This document shows, piece after piece, positions 38,851-53,378 of a stretch of 64,000 nt of DNA (positions within the stretch are counted from its first letter, which is position 1; every line of letters starts with the position of its first letter). A model generated the notes under the pieces. That model had not been told where the DNA came from and searched no databases. It saw nothing but the letters and a program-made list of their open reading frames with translations. Source of the DNA: Octopus vulgaris (lineage: Eukaryota); contig OX597825.1 in assembly GCA_951406725.2 (NCBI GenBank), forward strand, positions 26,722,001 through 26,786,000, given 5' to 3'. Position numbers and translations under genes: made by a program.

Positions 38851-39868
38851 GAAAAAAAAGAGAAAAGCAATGATGAATATAAATATAATAAAATATAGAA
38901 TGATCTCAACTTCCATACAAAACTATGATAGAAATACATGTTAGAGACTGGTATAAGGATATAGATAACAGCTATTTGGTTTCCCAAAAGTAAACGGTAT
39001 TGATTGTTGTTCGAGAACATACTACATCTGCTCACCCATAGAAAACACTAAAACATGTTTTTCTTAAACATTATGTTTAATGGATACAACTGTACAACTT
39101 ATATATGCTTTCTAATACTCCGCGACAAATTCAATATTGCTTTCGAATTTTGGTTCGCAGTTGAATTGCAGAATTATACTTTAAATTTCCAAATAGAAAT
39201 TCATTCTGCTTCGAAATGTTTCACACCTGGAATATTCACAGATGCGAAATATTTTACGTATAGTACAAAATATACAGTTTATCGTTTTTACCAAACATTG
39301 ATAAACATATGGCAGTAAATGTCACTTGAAATATGTTGCATGATATTTTGTGTGAATGTAATATATCTTTATGAATGCTATATACGTATACACAAGCAAA
39401 GATGTTACAAAAACGAATTATATATATGAATACATGCATACACACAAGCACACACGCACATATATATATAAATGTAACGTACATAAGCGCGGACATATAT
39501 AGATATGATATTTTCTACTTCCTTACATATATAAGGACAAAACACACACATATATATATATATACGTGTGTGTGCATAAAGGCATATATTTGTGACTGAT
39601 TCGGTATGTGAACACACATACACATGCATTATGCCATACACGATTAAACAGAGAGTAGGGATTTATATCATGGATAACTTTTTTCTCCTCTCCGATGTAC
39701 TTCTAATCGGATTTTTTTAGTTTGACATATAGCGTGAATACATGTTATCTATATATGTAAGACACACACGCAGGCGCGTGCGCGCATATACATATATACA
39801 TTCGGAGTGAGGGAGAGAAACGTAGAGAGAGAATACATATTCCTAATTATATGTTTATACATATATAT

Positions 39869-40010
<142 letters not shown>

Positions 40011-41226
40011 CTGTATTTGAAAAGATTTGTAGAGGTAACACACGAGTAAGTAGATATTTATGAAAAACAAAAATGAAAATACTAATTTCTTTAAATTAGG
40101 TATATTTTAATTTTCCTTTTACATGTTTAGGTTTTTGAAAGACCTTATCAAAAACATGTACTAAAATGGAATATGTAAAGAGAAAAGAAGTATTAAAAAA
40201 TTAAAATTAAATTTAACATCCATAGGTTACTCTCCTTTTTCCTGCAAGAACACGTAATAATATCCTTTGGATCTGGTACCATGACGAGTTCAACTGACTG
40301 TGATCACAAATTACTATTTGTCTTTGTAAACTGAATACTGTGGTCAAGAGTTGTTTTCTTACGAGTGGCTATACCCGTCGAATAAATAGCAGCAGTAATA
40401 ATAATAGCCGTTGTGGTGAAGTTGTTCCTCCTGTGGTTTTAATAGAAATTGGGCTCTTGGACCCACTGTCTTTATTTCTTATTTACACCTCTATATACAC
40501 AGACACATTATCTCGTATATATTTTTCATATTCATTTTCCATACATCTCCCAAAGTGGTTAAATTTTTTTTTGTTCCCGCGTGAGGGGGTCTTTATATTG
40601 ACCAGAGTAATCATGCTTGCAACAAAAAAAAGTAGACCCCAAAATCGTGGAAGTAGAGAACTACGTTCCATTTTGAATACGAGTATAGCTGAATCTGTCC
40701 TGCACTCAGAGTCTCCCAGCTGCACTCAATATGAGCATACCGTACTTATATACGATACTATATGTATGTGTGTATATGAATATATGATGTGTATGTGTGC
40801 GTACATTTGCGTATAAATGCATATCAGACTGTAATCTAGATAATTGAAACTTATATGTAAACTCTATATCACGAATGTCGTTTGTAAAACAGTAAAGAAG
40901 AGTATAAGTATATATATATATGTCTGTTTTAATTTTCATTATCGACAGAAGCATTGTTTCGACCTCATCTCCTCTCCTGACTATTGAATGCAGCGTTTTG
41001 GTAACTTCAGCAGAAAGATATTTGTTTCAGAGACAAGCATAATATTTAATTTGTGCGAAATCTAACCAGGCTAGATTTAAAGAATTGTACACACTGGGTA
41101 GCGTCTCAAAGTATCATGTCGGTGTGTATAACATTAATAATGCCTCTCTCACTCTCTCGCTTTCTCACTGCCCCTCCATCTATTTATCCATCTATCTCTC
41201 TCTCTCTCTCTCACTCTCTCTCTCTA

Positions 41227-41270
<44 letters not shown>

Positions 41271-41707
41271 TGTATATAACTATTCGTCTGTATATCTATC
41301 TCTCCCCCTTTATATGTATGCATACATGTATATTTATATATATGTATATATGTATATACCTATGTATCTATATATGTACATATGTATATATATATACTAA
41401 CATAATTTTATATGTATATATATGCATGTATGTATGTATGTATGTATATGTATGTATATATATATATATATATATGTTTGTATGTATGTATGTCTATGTG
41501 TGTATATAGAGTGTTAGGTGTGATGTACAGAAATTGAAAATTGAGAAAAAATGTCAGTATTCGTGAAAGGAAAGAATGCGCTAATAATGAAGAAATAAGT
41601 TTCTTTTTCAAAATTCTGACAACCTTTTTTTCTCAGTAATTATATATATATATATGTACTAACAAAGATTCACGGCTTTGCTCAGGAGTGAAATGGCATA
41701 TTTGATT

Positions 41708-41865
41708 ATTCTTATCTTTTACTTGCTTAAAACATTTGACTGTGGCTTTACTGGAGCGTTGCCTTTGGTCGAACGAGTTGACCCCAAGTACTCATTCAAT
41801 CGGTTTCTGTTGCCAGGCTGCTAATTTATGGGGGCGTAAACATACCAACATTAGTTGGGAAGCAA
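41708..41865 (-). mobile_element. SINE family A 3' half, diverged
   Basis: CATTTGACTGTGGC...CTGGAGC...GTCGAACGAGTTGACCCC...GTAAACATACCAACAT. Confidence 0.75.
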
Positions 41866-41954
41866 TGTATATATATATAATATAATTTAATATAATATAA
41901 TATAATATAATATAATATAATATAATATAATATATTATAATATAATATAATATA

Positions 41955-42310
41955 CAAAATGGGACAAGAACGCAAACATCCAGAGAGTTAGGTGATACAA
42001 AAAAACGGACAACCAAACATCCTAATAGACGATACAAAGTAAACAAGGACGGGTCATTCGGAGTTTTCTTTCCTCTGTCGAGTTTCAGATTATCTTTGCA
42101 ATTTTGGCTGGTTATACTCGATGCAAAAACAAGGACGGAAAAAACTTAGAATGCTACACAAATACAAATAACAACACATAACATGTGTCTTTCGGCTAAG
42201 GATGAAATAAATTAACCTGGCGTGTGTGGAAGTAAACCTTTACAGCAGAGATACAAGCATTCACAGGCACAAGGAGGAATATAGATGTTGCACGGACGAC
42301 GGCCGAATCA
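41955..42310 (-). mobile_element. Unclassified dispersed repeat (opposite-strand copy at about 56030-56228)
   Basis: AACAAGGACGGGTCATTCGGAG...TTGCAATTTTGGCTGGTTATACTC is the reverse complement of 56105-56183. Confidence 0.75.
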
Positions 42311-42878
42311 AGAAAGAAACATCACGCTTGGCTGAACACTGGTCAAGTGGGGTGAGAATAGAGAGAGGTTGAAGCAGAGGGACAGTAGAATTAAGGATGG
42401 GCGAGAAAAAAATGACAGGGATACTGTGAAGTGAAAAGAAGAGGGAAAGCGAGCAAGAAGAGAAGGCAGGGAAATGTGAGAGAGGGGAAACGCACGAAGA
42501 AAGAGTGGAATGAACGAATAAGCGTGAAAGGGCTGATCGAAAGAAAGAATAGAGTCGTACAAGATTTAGATACATATATACTTACATATAAGAGACCATA
42601 GACAGACACATATATATGTATATCAATATAAATTCCTAAAATCACATGAAGTTTGGTAAAAAAAAAAAGATGGTCATGTACATGCATCCCGGTTGTTTTC
42701 ATTATAGCACCTCATTGTAAACAATGTTCCTTGTTTTTCCTTGTGCAGCGAATGCAAAGACGTTTCTTTTGCTTCCCACTCTTGCGCAGCCAACATACAG
42801 TTGTCGATGCGAAAAGCAGGGCTCTTCCAAGAGAAGACCAGCCACAGAGACAGTTTGACCCTGAGATTTGTTAACGTA

Positions 42879-42968
42879 CAACAACAACAACAACAACAAC
42901 AGCAACAATAAAATAATAATAAAACAATACTACTACTACTACTAATAATAATAATAATAATAATAATG

Positions 42969-43041
<73 letters not shown>

Positions 43042-43043
43042 TG

Positions 43044-43110
<67 letters not shown>

Positions 43111-43122
43111 TAACAACAACAA
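42879..43122. repeat. Compound (AAC)n/(ACT)n/(AAT)n array
   Basis: Direct inspection. Confidence 0.96.
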
Positions 43123-43306
43123 CATCGAAAAATACTTTCGGAATGAGAACCCAGGTTCGAAATTTCCCCAAACCACCTGAAGAAGGATGGAGGGTATAAC
43201 AAACGAAAGGCTGTGTTAACAACGGACAAGATGAGGACACATATCCGTTGAATATAAATAATGTAAATAATGTACATAATTCCTCATCTCTTAAATAGAG
43301 AATTGT
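43123..43306 (+). mobile_element. Short pLTR-like repeat with decayed HHR, attached to (AAT)n
   Basis: CCAC-CTGAAGA-AGGATGG...AACAAAC-GAAA-GGCTG-TG; stems partly broken. Confidence 0.4.
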
Positions 43307-43382
43307 AATAACGTGTGTCGGACAAAACTCTGAAAGGAGCTTAACTGTGAATAATAGAGTGGTATGTCTCATCAAACCTCTT

Positions 43383-43550
43383 TTATTTGCTTCAGTCATT
43401 TGAGTGCGTCCATGCTGGAGCACCGCATTTTAGTCGAACAAATCGACCCCAGGACTCATTCGTTTTAAGCGTAGTACTTATTCTATCAGTTCTCTTTTGT
43501 CGAACCGCTAAGTTACGAGAAGGTAAACACACCAAAATCGGTTGTCAATG
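43383..43550 (-). mobile_element. SINE family A 3' half
   Basis: TTCAGTCATTTGAGTGCGTCCATGCTGGAGCACCGC...GAACCGCTAAGTTACG...GTAAACACACCA. Confidence 0.85.
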
Positions 43551-44049
43551 TGAACAAATTAATGTTTGCTTTTATAAGCGTTTGAATGTGTATTTCGAGT
43601 TACAAATAAAATGACCTGTAATCAAAAATATGTGCCCCAGTCTCTTGGTTGTTTGCTAAAACACAATTTCGACTTTGTATGTATCCTATCCAATCTCTAC
43701 TGTTCCATCGGCGTTTATGCGTTTGGAAAAATAATTATCATCTTTTTTGTATCTCGCAATATACATTGCAACGGTCATAAAAACAAGCATTAATTTGTTT
43801 ACATTTATCGTAATACATTTCAGCTTTGTTGTGTCCAGGTCCGTAGTTTTATAAGTTCTAAAATTACGGATTAATTTGTCAGTGGATAGTTTAGATTTAT
43901 TGGAAACGCACTTGTGCGCTAATCAGTGGGATGTGAATTCGAGTCCCATGGTAGATGACAAATGTTTCCGCTTTGTATGGATATCTTATCGAATCTAAGC
44001 GTTTATGCGTTTGAAAATAAAATGATATATGTATGTATTTCTATATATA

Positions 44050-44215
44050 TCCACCACCATCGCTTGACGCTTATGTTTATGTTCGGCAAAATATACCGAT
44101 AGAATAAGTACAAGTCTTACAAAGAATAAATCCTGAAGTCAATTTTGTTCGACTAAAGGCGATGTTCTAGCATGGGCGCAGTCAAAAGACTGAAACAAGT
44201 GAAAGAATAAAAGAA
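44050..44215 (+). mobile_element. SINE family A 3' half
   Basis: CCGATAGAATAAGTAC...GGCGATGTTCTAGCATGGGCGCAGTCAAAAGACTGAAACAAG and an A-rich tail. Confidence 0.8.
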
Positions 44216-45197
44216 CAGTTTGTGGGCCCCTCAATCTTCCCTTCACATTAAACATGAAATCAAAATTGTAGAGGGGATTATTAATATTATTAATATTATT
44301 AATATTATTTCCTTACCTTTGTTTTTACAATCTCACCCAATTTTGGATGTTCATAATTATATTAGCTGTAGCAATTTTCATCATTATGTCATTATTTGAA
44401 ATGTTACCATTATTTACAATTATATATTACAGCTATTATTTAATAATGAGAGCAAAGTCCGTCGAAGTCGACTTTGCATTTCATCATTTTAAGGTCGTTG
44501 AAATAAACACCAGACGAGCACTGACATCGGTGAAGTCATTTAGAATCCTTCCCCCAGATCACCGGTCTTGAGTTCTATCGTATAAACAGCTTCTAAGTAA
44601 TGGTACATCGTACGTAGCAATGATACTTTCATTGACATCAGACAATACAGGTTGAAGAGCGAAAGCCGATAGGGTATGTGAAATTGAACATATAACCTTA
44701 GCGTTTTCGATATAATGTTTTTTTGAAATATTCCTACGTTTCTTCTTTTGATCTCTATCTATGAAACTGAAATTCTGTATGTAATTTAAATCGAAGATTA
44801 AATAATATTTCAAAATATTTTACAAGTTGAATATTGAACTTTCATATAATTTTCACAATGACATTTAGAATGTGTAATTTTTTTAATATCTGAAATTAAG
44901 AAAAATCTTGACGTTGCTAGGGATTTGTAAAGTTTTATGTAGAAGCAAATGAAAAATATCTTGGTTTCGTACCTGTTAGATATTGGCATTAATGTTGCGG
45001 TGGGAAGATTTTTTACGGCATCATAATATCATTAATATTGTTTTATAAGTTATATTCTTTTCAATATACTATTTGTCTTCGTACTTTGCTATTAAATCTG
45101 CAAACTCCTTCAAAAATTGCATACAAAATAAAGCGATTGAAATGTGACATCATGCAAATGTAATCATACATATCTCTGCATATGTATACACACACAG

Positions 45198-45255
<58 letters not shown>

Positions 45256-45776
45256 GTACATACACCAAAAATGATCAAATGTCATTCACAATCTCGAAGG
45301 ACACAAGAGAATAGAGGGGACGGGGTACCAAATGTGAGCTTTGCATTACTGCGAAGATAAACATTATCCAACCAAAAGATAACATCTTAAACACTTGGGG
45401 TGGAACCTTCTCACCCCGCATGCACAAGCATTATTTTACACTCCGACGTTTTAAAGAGTAACTACACGCACTCTGTCGATACTACGAAGTTATTTTCCCC
45501 TCAAAACGCAAACATTAAATATATACATCATACAAACTCCACATATAGAAACCATGACCTGATGAACTCCCTCATCACCACACAAACACGTGAACATTAT
45601 AATACCCATGATATAGCATAATAAAAACAAGCATATAATTCAGCATAATTTTTTCTGAAAGTTAATCCCAAGGGAATAATCAGTCGCCCCACTTCATTTC
45701 TTGTTTTGTTCGTCTAAAATTCGCGCAAGGTTTTATCGTGAATTTCAGTGTTACATCACTGTCGTTGTTATATCAG

Positions 45777-45871
45777 CGTCACTCGGTCTCATCACAGATT
45801 TCGTCACTCGGTTTCATCACAGATTTCGTCACTCGGTTTCATCACAGATTTCGTCACACGGGTTCATCACA
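45777..45871. repeat. 25-bp minisatellite, about 3.8 copies
   Basis: Unit CGTCACTCGGTTTCATCACAGATTT at 45777, 45802, 45827 and 45852. Confidence 0.93.
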
Positions 45872-46086
45872 TAAGACACACAACTTCTTAGCGCGAGTAA
45901 GGCCAGTGTGAACGATGTCGAGAGAACGTTCGACGTGAATGATATTTTTTGACACGGGGCATTTCTAACACACCGGCAGACGCTGAACGAAAATAAATGA
46001 ACTGCAGCCTGGCTCAAAAAAAGTAGCCCGAGCTATTGGTTAAAACTACATACTAGAAGTCAGTTACTTAGAAATTAAATCAAATG

Positions 46087-46123
46087 GATAGATAGATAGG
46101 TAGATAGATAGATAGATAGATAC

Positions 46124-46194
<71 letters not shown>

Positions 46195-46205
46195 TAGATA
46201 TAGAT
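46087..46205. repeat. (GATA)n microsatellite
   Basis: Direct inspection. Confidence 0.96.
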
Positions 46206-46212
46206 ATATATA

Positions 46213-46569
46213 CAGGGGTTGGACAAAATAATGGAAACGCCTGGCATCATAAGCTTGTTTATTTTGATAATTTCTTTTTAAATTTATTATTAGTATTCCT
46301 TAATATTTTTTTGATAAAATTGCTGCTTCTTTTCAGACAGCATCAGAAAAACGTAATTAAAATTTATTAAAATGAGAGATCTATCGGATTTTCGGGGAGG
46401 TCAAATTGTTGGTGCTCGTATGGCAGGCACTAGCGTAATGAAAACAACCGAAATGTTTAGTGTATGACGAAGTACTGTCTCGAAAGTAATAATAGAGTTT
46501 GATAAAGAGGAAAAAACGTCCTTGTCGAAACAAAACACCGGAAGAAGACCAAAAGTTTCAGGTAGGGAC
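46213..46569 (+). mobile_element. Tc1 (DD36E-type family) left end and transposase N-terminus
   Basis: TA then CAGGGGTTGGACAAAATAATGGAAAC. From ATG 46372: MRDLSDFRGGQIVGARMAGTSVMKTTEMFSV*RSTVSKV...NTGRRPKVSGRD. Confidence 0.9.
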
Positions 46570-48112
46570 AATATTTTCAATCATTGGAGTTGTTGTGTTT
46601 GAGCGCCATTTGAAAGAAATTCACTACACTTGCCACTTAAGCTTGATATGATTTCATCGATTATTTGTCTAATAGCGTAACCGGCAGCTTTATCTTCGGG
46701 CAGTACTTAACGTGATTTTACGCCCGCTCACTGAGCTTTTGTTTTATAGATATACACATTCACATAGTTGAATTCACACTCATACACCAACATATATTGT
46801 GACATAATTTATTTACTATACAGGTTTATGATCCACATATATAAGTAATTTAGATAGTATCTGCTGTTTTCGCAGTATCTCTATTCAAAAGAGTTTTTCG
46901 TCAGCATTTTAAATTAAGTGTGAACAAAATACATACGATCCCATACCTGCTTTCAAGTGGTTGTCACTGTGTATTCCAAATCAGTTATGGTCTGCGAAAT
47001 GGCTGCGACAATCCACTACCGTAGCATAATTTAATGCACGTTTTGCTATCGAAAATGCACATTCAGCATTGAAAGAGATGCCGATCTATTTCCAGATAAA
47101 TTCGTACTATATTGTGTGTTGTATCAGATGGCTGTTTCTACATTTTATGATAACTTTATAGCTTACTATAGTTAAAATTATCTCTACATCCACTCCATAT
47201 AGATGCTATGTTATATTTGCACTGTATGTTTAAACTATTTCTTGTTCTGATGAAAAGATTGTTATGCTGTTCCTATTTGCGTGGATATTTTTTTAAATAT
47301 GAATTACAGTTGATGGGTTAGATGCCTGAACACTGCTGACTGTTTTAACGTTAGCTTTTTTACTAATGTAGTATTTATTTCTGCTGAATCTAGTTTTACG
47401 TCAAAGAAATTCAATATGTTTTTGTTTTTCATACTTGTAATATTTAGGTTAACTGCTTTGACTATTATTACTTATTCTTTAATCTTTACTGTGTCATGAC
47501 CTTCAACATAATCGTAGTATGCTAGCTCTATATTTCACTGTAGTTAGCAAAGGTGTTGTAAGGAATTTTTAACTTTTGTAAATATAAATTCTAAAATTCC
47601 ATAGACATCTTCGTGGCTCTTATGTCCCAGAAAATGACTGTTTCAGTCTTCGGTGTCTGCGAATTTGTGGCATAATAATTGCCTTTATAGCATTTTCAAT
47701 TAAATATTGTCGATGTTGGTTAAGTTAGTTTCAGTTTATTAGTGTACATAATTTTAGTGTATAATTATTTTTAGCAAATTAGATACGTGAAATAGAATTA
47801 ATACCAAACTGTCTAGATGTTTTTACATAAATTAGCCGTGATAAAAATGTCAGCAAAATTTCGTTTATTATAATATTGTCTGTGTAATAAAGCGCTGCTA
47901 TCACATAATCAGAGTGTGATATGTGATATCATATTTTACATCATTACATACGCCCGTTTCTCATCAACAAAACGTATTCGGATGGGAAACTATCAAGCTA
48001 CAAAATATGTTAAAAACTTGATAAACTAGAAGCAAGTGGCACGAGACCTACACAAGAGATGTTATTTCTAACGACTAGAATATACATACATATATGTATA
48101 CATATGTACATA

Positions 48113-48157
<45 letters not shown>

Positions 48158-48167
48158 ACATATATGC

Positions 48168-48222
<55 letters not shown>

Positions 48223-48664
48223 CATACATATATATATATATATGTAGGTATATATGTATGTATGTGTATGTATGGATGCATGGATGCATGCAAACACCAT
48301 GCACCTCAAACACCAGTTGCTGCTATCACCTTAGAGAAAACCAATGAATCTTTTCCTCTGATCCGAATCGGGCCGTCAGGAAAAAAAAGATAGAGGGACT
48401 TGTGAAGGGAAACATGAAAATAGAAAGCTAGATGACTATCAGAGAAAACCAACTTACCGAGCCTCTACGAGGATGCCAACCAAGCGGAAATTTTTTTTGA
48501 TTAAAATAAAGTGACGTCACGAAACATACTGACAATCAGAGAGTCAACAAACCAAAACACTATACTTTGCCAAAACAAAAATATTTTTACGTTAACATTC
48601 ACGAGTAAAATTATGACCTATCAATACTCACAGAATAAGTATACATAAGTACATTTGTTATGTA

Positions 48665-48707
<43 letters not shown>

Positions 48708-48720
48708 ATTTTATAGAAGG

Positions 48721-48771
48721 AGCTTCTACAGGACTAGAACTGTTTCATTCAAATGAAATCATCAGGAAGCT
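48721..48771 (-). ncRNA. Type-I hammerhead ribozyme (compact, non-palindromic stem III)
   Basis: AGCTTC-CTGATGA-TTTC-ATTT-GAAT-GAAA-CAG-TTCTAGTC-CTG-TA-GAAGCT. Confidence 0.75.
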
Positions 48772-49046
48772 TGCTGTCAAAATAAGTTCTGGTATTTATA
48801 CATTTAGGCAGATTTAATGGGGTGATGGTGGGGGACGTTTTTTGGGTAAGCAGGGCACAAACTGTCGTTCTTAAGGGAGTGGTCAAAAGAATCAGTGATA
48901 AAGTAAATAAATGAATAAATAGAATAATTGAATAGAGTTATAGGTAAATTAGAAGACTATTGCTTTTAGTCAGTTTGTTGTTGTTGTTATTAAGTGGAGG
49001 GAAGAAGTAGATAAATATACATGAAAGAACATATAAAATAAATATA

Positions 49047-49137
49047 CATACAGCTGAAGATTGTTCTACATTTTAAATTGATGTAATGATTGCCTTGTTC
49101 AATTAAATGTAGTTGCATGAAACGATCGTACGGTATT
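49047..49137 (+). ncRNA. Type-I hammerhead ribozyme with long stem II
   Basis: ATACAG-CTGAAGA-TTG..CTACATTT..AATTGA...TCAATT.AAATGTAG..CAT-GAAA-CGATCG-TA-CGGTAT. Confidence 0.75.
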
Positions 49138-49286
49138 ACCTCTGGATATCCTTGTGGCTTATTTTGATTTTAGTCACCTCACTTTAAAATTGTATGGATA
49201 ATACCGTACTAAATTCTAGTGTCTCAACTTAAGTATCGTATTCATCTGACTATAAACTTTTGCGGAACTGATCTACGATTCCGAAA

Positions 49287-49441
<155 letters not shown>

Positions 49442-50300
49442 CAGGTACATAGGTAATAAGGACAAGCAAGCAGACGCACATACAAACAGACGCTCAAAAA
49501 GAGACGGAACCATATACACACATGCACTCCACACACAAGAATACATACAAAGACACATACGGAGACACACATCCATAAGAAATGTACGTACATAGTAGTC
49601 AAAGAAATCCGTATAAATCCGTATAAATACGTATAAATACGTTATCTCCAATAACGGACAGACAACATCCATTGGCAAGGATGCAAAAGCAAAGAAAATT
49701 TTTGGGGAAAAATATACATATTCAATGAGTGAAAATCGAACCTGTGTGTAAGATAATAAAACATTAAGATACTATGAGTCTCCTCAGACACAACAAAGAT
49801 TAGATCCTTTTCCGTAAAAACTACTTTGAATCCAAAGTAGTTTCAATTCCAACAGGACATGAAAGGTGCAATGATACGAAAATTGAAAACAGAACTACAG
49901 GCGCCATGATAAAAATTGTAGGAAGAAAAACACTTTTTTCTGTCACCCCAACTTTTTTCTCTTTCTTCTCAATTTATCTTATAAAATCTCAGTACGACCG
50001 AACTTTCAATAATGTACAATTATTATGATCTCCACCAAACATTTACATTGATATTACTATCTATCTCTGTGAATCTGATTGCAATTTCAGGAAAGACTGA
50101 GCATTTCATGGTTTAAAGATATTTGTCGAATATTTGTACTATTGATAAGCGAAAAATATCGAAAGTAGTTTTCCTATGTATGTAAATAAATCTACTTCAA
50201 AACGACTTTTTGAGATTCAGATGCATTTTCAAACCACAAAGCAAATTCATTCATGTATATATAGATTTAAGAACTAGAAATGTTATACACACACACACAG

Positions 50301-50335
<35 letters not shown>

Positions 50336-51035
50336 TATATATAAACATATACATATTTGTGCATAATTGCGCTGAGCTTTGAAAACTGTGTTACTGACAG
50401 AAGATATTTAATGTGATTGAAAAATGGAAGTAAACGGCACAATCTAGTAGTATAAAGAATTCTCAAAATAGTGTTTATGAAATGCATACGCCTATTCAAT
50501 AAAACCCAGCCTGTTTTCGTTCGTGATATGTTAAATTTTGATGAAGCTCTTCAATATTTAATATGCCGCTGAAAACTTGAATAAGTTAGGTAGGATTTCC
50601 CTCAGTAAAAGAAAATTCATTTTTTTGTGTCTGTTCCCGCGTTGATGCATTCACAAATAATAAATTACTGAAATATTTGAAACTTATATACACTAATACT
50701 GAAAATACGCATAACAAAAGCATTTACAATATATTTCCTTATGCGTTTCCTCTGACAGTTTTCATATAACATCAATTCCAATACATACAGCAAATATTGA
50801 GGTTGATATACGGGCCTCACATGCGTTTCGGAGTAATTAATCTACCTTCTGCAATGTTGGAAATTCGGAAGGATATAGTTGGTGATATTATTGTTACTTG
50901 GTAGCTATATTTTATGATTCTGTATTACTCCACACATAGTGTACAAACCCCAGTTGTTTCTATATAAGGAAATATACTTAGCCTATATAATTACATTATG
51001 TATGTGCCTTTGTGTACACTTGTATACCGATGCAT

Positions 51036-51105
<70 letters not shown>

Positions 51106-51910
51106 GCACTTCGTAATAACCCTTATTATGATTGCTGTTGATATATATACATATATGTGGAAATATATGTATGTATGCATGTATATATATGTAAATATGC
51201 ATATATATATATATATATATGTGCAAGTATGTATATATATTTATATTTTGAAATGTGAGTGTGCATTCGTTTGTCTCTGTATGCAAGTATTTGTTTGTGC
51301 AAGTATGCGTATATAAATTTATTTGCGAAGTTAAAAAGCAAGGGAACGCATATACTATGTGCCAAACTTAAAATATTAATTTGGTATGTAAATTATTGCA
51401 TATTGCATACAAACATAGACACATAAAGCCCAATGTACATACATACACACACGCACACACACACATGTGTATGTGCTTGTATGCATGTGTATGTATATAT
51501 ATATATATATATATATACATGTGGATATATACATGCATATACGTATGAAATTATTCTTTATTTCCATTCATACGCTTTTGCTTTTTTGCATGATTATTAT
51601 TCTCGCCTTGGTGTTTTCTCCCCGTATAATTTTTTTTTTCATTTCAATAGCTAGTTATGTTTGTTTGAAAGTAGAGTTTTTTTGGTCTTTTCTGAAACAT
51701 GAAAAACTATCTGCTTCATGCGTTAGCGGTAAGAGAAATTTGGCTTGAGATAAAAAAAAGAAAGAAGAGAAAAATATTTTCATTTCATATTCCATTATCG
51801 GTAAATTGTCTGAAACCTGAATAAAATTTTCTATTCAAGAATAGCTTCTAATTAAAAGCAAAATTCTACACCGTTAACAAAACAATAATACTAGCGAGAA
51901 CAACAACTGC

Positions 51911-51941
<31 letters not shown>

Positions 51942-52033
51942 GCAAATGTAATAACAATAGCAAGGCGGTAAGTGAAAAGAAACAAAGTGCACAGCGAGTG
52001 AAATATGGCGTAAAACATTCAATACCAAGCTGC

Positions 52034-52034
<1 letters not shown>

Positions 52035-52085
<51 letters not shown>

Positions 52086-52445
52086 GTCATCAACATCATC
52101 ATCATCATCTGAGCCGAAACCATCAGAATCAGCCAACGAAACCCGTACCAACACGCCACTATCAACACCTCATCATCGTTATCACCATCATCATCATCAA
52201 CATCATCATCATCATCATCATCGTCATCATCATCATCATCATCGTCATCATCATCATCATCGTCATCATCATCATCGTCATCATCATCATCATCATTGTC
52301 ATCATCATCGTCATCGTCATCGTCATCATCATCATCATCGTCATTATCATCATCGTCATCATCATCATCATCATCGTCATCATAATCATCATCATCATTG
52401 TCTTCATCATAATCATCAACATCACCCCCGTCATCATCATTATCA
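52035..52445. repeat. (ATC/GTC)n arrays
   Basis: Direct inspection. Confidence 0.95.
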
Positions 52446-52600
52446 TTTTCCTCCCCTTCATCAATACTTGCAGAAGCATATTTGTAAGATTCACCTTCAT
52501 CGTTATTCTCTATTATTTTCGAGTCAATCTCAAATGAAATGAAATAATTCATCATGAATTTAAGCTGTAACAATTGATTCTGCTGTTGCTGCTGCTATGT

Positions 52601-52649
<49 letters not shown>

Positions 52650-53189
52650 AAGTAATATAATAGGCAAGTTATATAATAGACACAGATCTTTATATGTATT
52701 GATGATACTTCAGTCTACTTGCCACATATTCGCCTCCACGTAGTTAGTCGATTAAATTATTTTCCCTTCATGACTCGTTCTGCGTTCTAGCGGCTCTACA
52801 GGGATAAACTGCAAAACATAAATTTAATGAGATATGACCTCAGAATACAAAATGTAACAGAGGTTACCGCAGAAAAGTTTGGTCGTCGATCGATATTTGG
52901 AGAAATGTAACGCCATCATATCCTGTTATCTTAGTATTGTTTCACAGACCCTTAACGGAAGCTATGGGAGTGAATTTCTGATCACAGGGACTTAAGTTTT
53001 GCCACGAATGTTGCCATCCAATTGTAATACGCAGTTCTGTGTGTAGAACTGTGTGCCCTGTCACGGGGTTGGTCTTATGGTCCCCACAACGTCGTTTCTC
53101 AAACTAACGGATTCATGCACTCCTGTGTACCAACTTAATGGCTTACATCTAAATGTTATAGAAATAGCTTGAATTTTTTGCTCAGGGCC

Positions 53190-53378
53190 AGCAGTTTTTG
53201 GCAGAATAGCGAAATCGATTAGATTGAACCTAATGCTTGACTGGTAATTTATCGACATCGAAACTATGAAAGGCAAAATCGACAAATTCGTCGGAATTTG
53301 GACTTAAAAAGCAAAGGCCGGACGAAATTTCGCTGAACATTTTGCCCGCATGGTAACGATTCTGCTGGCTCGCTGCCG
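53190..53378 (-). mobile_element. SINE family B variant, diverged
   Basis: Reverse complement GACGGCAGCGAGCCAGCAGAATCGTTACC...AAGTCCAAATTCCGACGAATTTGTCGATTTTGCCTTTCAT...GTCGATAAATTACCAG. Confidence 0.75.

Noticed and set aside
36000-39350. Repeat-poor stretches as host exons or pseudogene
   Set aside because: Frames are broken and no motif could be identified with confidence by eye.
45777-45871. CRISPR-like array
   Set aside because: Repeats are contiguous with no spacers; eukaryotic context and no cas genes.
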